This document shows, piece by piece, positions 61,065-64,000 of a stretch of DNA of 64,000 nt (position 1 is its first letter; every line of letters starts with the position of its first letter). Location of the stretch: positions 7,752,001 to 7,816,000 of the forward strand of contig CM075994.1 of assembly GCA_038087875.1 (NCBI GenBank), in the 5' to 3' direction. The notes beneath the pieces were generated by a model, which saw only the letters and a list, made by a program, of their open reading frames with translations, did not search any database and was not told the origin of the DNA. The DNA comes from Malacoraja senta. Lineage: Eukaryota. A program made the translations under genes and the position numbers.

Positions 61065-64000
61065 AGATACAATTGGCATGTAAGAAATGTAAAGCTACGG
61101 TGATCACAGGAGATTTCAATATTCAGGTAGACTGGGAAAATCAGGTTGGTACTGGACCACAAAAAAGGGAATTTGTAGAGTGCCTCCGAGATGGATTTTT
61201 AGAGCAGCTTGTAATGGAACCTACCAGGGAAAAGGCAATTCTGGATTTAGTGTTATGTAATGAACCAGATTTGATAAAGGGAACTCAAGGTAAAGGAACC
61301 ACTAGGAGGTAGTGACCATAAGTTTTAATCTGCAATTTGAGAGCGAGAAGTTGAAATGGGATGTGTCAGCATTGCAGCTGAGCAAAGGGATGAGGGAGGA
61401 GCTGGCCAAAGTTGACTGGAAAGAGACCCTAGCAGGAATGACGGTGGAACAGCAATGGCAGGAATTTCTGGGAATAATTCAGAAGATGCAGGACCTTTTC
61501 ATTCAAAAGAGGAAGAAAGATTCTAGGGGGAGAAAAAGGTGACCATAGCTAACAAGAAAAGTCAAGGACAGCACTGCAGGAGTGGGGTGCCGTTGTGTAT
61601 GGCTGCTCTGCCTGCAGTCCGTCCTTTCACCCTTTTTAATTTTTATTTTTAGTCCTGTTAAAAAAAAAATGTTTGTTGGAGGTCTTCTTATATGTGGTGG
61701 GTGGGGGGAGGGGAAGGGGGAAACTTTATTTCCTTGTCCCTGCCTGGTCGGAGAGGTGGCTTCCCTCCGAGCTGCTTCTTTGCCCCTTCCTCACGGCCTA
61801 CCATCCAGACTGGAGCGGCGTCTCCTGTCGGGACCGGCCAGAACCCCAGCTTCGGCGGCGGCGCAGCACTGAAACATCGTCACAGAGTGGGCGATGCCTT
61901 ACCGGGTCGCCGTGCGGTAAGCTCCGGAGTGCTGTGACCACCGACTCCAACATCGAGGAGCTGCGGTCTGCTGAGCGTCCAGCGGCACTGAATTTAAAAC
62001 ACTGCGGAGCCTGGGATCTCTCGCCGAGGTCGCCAGAGTCGGAGCTCCAACCAGCACGGCCTGTTGACATCGGGAGCCGCGGTCTCCGGGGAGGAAGCGG
62101 CCGTTCCAGACACTCCAAGTCGCTGAGGAGTGTTTCTCCCGACGCCGGAGCTCCATCATCCGGCAAGAGGGCCTGAAAACATCGTGCTGCCGTTGCGGCA
62201 ACTGGCTGCGGAGGCCACAAATAGGCCCCGACCTCGGGTGATCACAGAGGAAGAGGACTGAACTTTCTGGTGCCTTTCCACACAGTAGAAAATGTTGATT
62301 CTGCTGTGGGGGGACGTTTTTCTATGGATGTACAGAAACCTAATTATTTCTTCTATGTAAAGCACTTTGGTTTCAACACGAGTTGATATTAAATGTGCTA
62401 TATAAATAAAATGTACTTACTTACTTACTTACTGGTACCAACTAAAAGAGAAAGCATATAACATTGCAAAGATTAATGGGATTGGGAAGCTTTTAAAGAA
62501 CAACAGAAGGTAACTAATAAGGCAATACAGGGAGAAAAGATGAAATACGAAGGTAAGCTAGTTAATAATATAAAAGAAGCAAGAGTTTCTTCAGTTATAT
62601 AAAGATTAAGAAAGAGGCAAGAGTGTACGTTGGACCGCTGGAAAATAATGCAGGAGAAGTGATAATGGGGAATAAAGAAATGGCGGAGGAGTTGAATAAC
62701 CTTTTTGCATCAGTTTTCATAGTGGAAGACACCAGCAACGTGCCTGAAATTCAAGAGAGTCAGGGGGTGGAAGTTAGTGAATTGGCTATTACTAGGGAGA
62801 AGGTGCTTGGGAAGCTGAAAGGGCTGAAGGCGGATAAGTCACCTGGACGAGATCAACTGCACCCTAAGGTTCTGAAAGAGATGGCTTTAGAGATTGTGGA
62901 GGCATTGATAGTGATATTTCAAGAATCACTAGAGTCAGGAGTGGTTCCAGATGATTGGATAATTGCCAGTATTATCCCGCTGCACAAGAAGGGAGCGAAG
63001 CCGAATAGTGGGAACTCTAGGCTGACTTCGGTGGTTGGTAAAATTTTGGAGTACATTATAAAGGATGAGGTTATGGAGTACTTAGAATTTCACAATAAAA
63101 TGGGCTGAATTCAGCATGGCTTTGTGAAGGGGAGGTCTTGCTTAACAAATTTGGTGGAATTCTTTGAAGAATTAAATTATTGGACAGACAAAGGTAGATG
63201 TTGCAAACCTAGATTTTCAGAAAGCCTTTGATAAGGTGCCACATGGGAGGCTGCTAAGGATGATGAGAGCCCATGGTATCAAACGGCAGATACTAGCATG
63301 GACAGCAGGTTGGCCGGATGGCAAAAGGCAAAGAGTGGCAATAAAGGGGGCCTTTTCTGGTTGGCTGCCAGTGGCTGGCAGATTTCCGCAGGGCTCAGTG
63401 TTGGGGCCACTGGTCTCCACGTTTTTTATTAATGGGGATTGAAGGCTTTGTGGCCAAGTTTGCGGATGATAAGAAAATAGGTGGAGGGGCAGGTAGAGTA
63501 GAGAAAGCAGGGACTCTGCGGAAGGACTTGGATAGGTCGGGAGAGAGGGCAGAGAAGTGGCAGATGGAATATAGTGTGGCAAAGTGTGGAGTCATGCATT
63601 TTGGTAGTAGGAATAAAGGTGTAGATCATTTTTTAAATGAATCCAGAAATTGGTGGTGGAAAGGGACTTGGGAGTGCTGGCGCAGGATTCCCAAAAGGCG
63701 AATCTGCAAATCAAATCAGTAGTAAAGAAAGCAAACGCAAGCATTTATTTCGAGAGGGTTTATTTACAAAAACAGGGATGTAATGCTAAAGCTCTATAAG
63801 GCACTGGTCAGGCCACATTTGGAATATTGTGAGCAATTTTGGGCACCATATCTGAAGAAGGATGTGCTGCCTCAGGAGAGGGTCTAGAGGAGGTTTACAA
63901 GAATGAGGGGGGACATTGAAACGTATGGAATAGTGAAAGGCTTGGATAGAATGGATGTGGAGAGGATGTTTCCACTAGTGGGAGAGTCTCGGACTAGAGG
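61065..64000 (+). mobile_element. Diverged CR1 LINE ORF2 (EN to RT), interrupted at 61575-62432, running off the window
   Basis: ITGDFN, ILDLVLCNE, KSPG.D.LHP, DFQKAFDKVPH and KFADD motifs. Confidence 0.88.
61575..62432 (+). mobile_element. GC-rich non-coding retroposon with AATAAA and (TACT)n tail
   Basis: Interrupts CR1 between GACAGCA and AACTAAAAGAG; L2-like 3' end ATGTAAAGCACTTTG...TGCTATATAAATAAA. Confidence 0.65.

Overview
Vertebrate genomic DNA, most likely a cartilaginous fish such as a skate or ray (inferred from HE1-like V-SINE and HER1/CR1-type repeats). The only host gene is the 3' end of SLC25A46 on the + strand: three coding exons at 2429-2485, 10981-11038 and 16850-17428. The rest is dense, nested, mostly decayed transposable elements: many CR1 LINEs (two retaining ORF1 esterase), Rex1/Babar LINEs, Penelope-like fragments, a Tc1 element, hAT remnants, several MITEs, a solo LTR and minisatellites, plus a ~6 kb tandem duplication. 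The most notable signal is a ~140-bp non-coding retroposon present twice (5195-5335 + and 54092-54230 -). Each copy has a target-site duplication and a (GAA)n tail, and its first 54 nt fold by eye into a complete minimal HDV-like self-cleaving ribozyme whose predicted cleavage site coincides with the element's 5' end. Hammerhead-like cores also occur in the Penelope-related repeats. All calls are by manual inspection; repeat boundaries without a stated TSD or TIR are approximate.
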